Positions 41,589 through 42,345 of a stretch of DNA of 42,345 nucleotides are shown here, piece after piece. Each line of letters starts with the position of its first letter. Position 1 is the stretch's first letter. Below the pieces are notes generated by a model. It made no database searches. It was not told where the DNA came from and saw only the letters and a program-made list of their open reading frames with translations. The DNA comes from a virus (Duplodnaviria; Caudoviricetes). The position numbers and the translations under genes are program-made. The stretch lies in the IMG/VR virus record IMGVR_UViG_3300014613_000011, positions 1 through 42,345 of that record; one strand, 5' to 3'.

Positions 41589-42345
41589 GTGGATAGGAAA
41601 ACCGTCGATACCAGAGAAAAGAAGGACACCACCTCTCTCGTCACCGAAGCCCTGTCCCGCTTCCGCGATTGTGACTCCTTTGAGTCTGAAAACCGCAAAG
41701 AGGGCCTCGACGATCTCAATATGTTGGCCGGTAAGAATCATTGGCCAGCTAAGATCGTGGATGAGAGAAACGCTGAGGGTCGACCCACTCTTACCATCAA
41801 TCGACTCCCCTCCTTCGTCGATCAAAACGTGGGTGACGCCCGTCTCAACCAAGTGGCCATCAAAGTATCCCCCTATGGCGGGGGTGCCACCCGCGAGGTT
41901 GCGGACATCCTCAATGGCCTCATCCGCAACATCTGCAACATGTCCAAGGCCGATATTGCCTTTCAGACCGCCCAGGAAAGTGCCGCATCCAACGGATTTG
42001 GCTACTGGAGGATCACCACCGACTATGTTGACGATGGTGTATTTGACCAGGAAATCCGCATCGAGCGTATCAAGAACCCGTTCACCGTCTATTTTGATCC
42101 TTCTCATCAGAAGCATGACGGATCCGATGCCCGTTTTGTCTTCATCACGGAGATGATCAGCCGCGCTGAGTATGGGATTCGCTACCCCTCCAAGACCCTA
42201 TCCGAGTTTCCAGTGTCCAATGAGGATGCTATTCTGTGGCGGGAGGAGCAACAGGTCCGCGTGGCCGAGTACTGGGTCAAACGCCCCAAAAAGCTTCGTC
42301 GATACCTCCTATCTGACGATCGTATTGTGGACGGTGATGACTGGG
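41589..42345 (+). CDS. P22-like portal protein, N-terminal part (continues at base 1; about 682 aa in total)
   Basis: GTG start after AGGAG. Manual translation MDRKTV...HWPAKIVDERNAEGRPTLTINRLPSFVDQ...GFGYWRI is typical of P22-type portals. In frame with ORF 39..1415 via the overlap. Confidence 0.9.
   Translation, partial: MDRKTVDTREKKDTTSLVTEALSRFRDCDSFESENRKEGLDDLNMLAGKNHWPAKIVDERNAEGRPTLTINRLPSFVDQNVGDARLNQVAIKVSPYGGGATREVADILNGLIRNICNMSKADIAFQTAQESAASNGFGYWRITTDYVDDGVFDQEIRIERIKNPFTVYFDPSHQKHDGSDARFVFITEMISRAEYGIRYPSKTLSEFPVSNEDAILWREEQQVRVAEYWVKRPKKLRRYLLSDDRIVDGDDW
42223..42345. repeat. Terminal overlap, copy 2 (circular assembly)
   Basis: AGGATGCTATTC...GATGACTGGG is identical to 1-123. 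Confidence 0.97.

Noticed and set aside
41460-42156. Track ORFs 41584..42156 (+) and 41460..42116 (-)
   Set aside because: The real gene is the portal in another + frame from 41589, which the track missed because it runs off the window end.
42223-42345. 123-bp terminal repeat as a biological DTR
   Set aside because: It falls in the middle of the portal gene, so it is best explained as assembler overlap of a circular or permuted genome.
1-42345. Temperate lifestyle, DGR or retron, or alternative genetic code
   Set aside because: I saw no integrase, ParA or reverse transcriptase motifs. The conserved genes translate full-length in the standard code.

Overview
The window is an apparently complete, circularly assembled tailed-phage genome. 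Bases 1-123 are repeated exactly at 42223-42345, giving a 42,222 bp unit, and the portal gene spans the junction. The + strand from about 37.7 kb through the junction to 17.8 kb is a P22-like podovirus morphogenesis module: TerS, TerL, portal, scaffold, P22-type coat, gp4/gp10-like tail proteins, ejection proteins and a tailspike. The - strand at 17.8-28.5 kb holds a family A DNA polymerase fused to a UDG-family-4-like domain, an HD protein, an ERCC4 nuclease, an AAA ATPase, a PD-(D/E)XK nuclease, a DinG-like helicase, RHH and HTH proteins and an M15 peptidase endolysin. A small + strand island at 28.5-30.8 kb encodes a PurZ-type synthetase and a dGTP-diphosphohydrolase-like protein, so this is a candidate 2-aminoadenine (Z) genome. 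The - strand at 30.8-36.6 kb holds small early genes. I recognised no integrase or primase. The most unusual signals are: three perfect sigma-54 promoters with a phased four-site palindromic array upstream of the first; a 220-nt RNA with tRNA ends and a ~165-nt structured insert in place of the anticodon; a 70-95 bp heptad-repeat element present twice in inverted orientation; Sec-like signal peptides on two virion-type proteins; a GNAT domain inserted in an ejection protein; and a sulfotransferase between the terminase genes. All product calls come from motif recognition by eye, not database searches.
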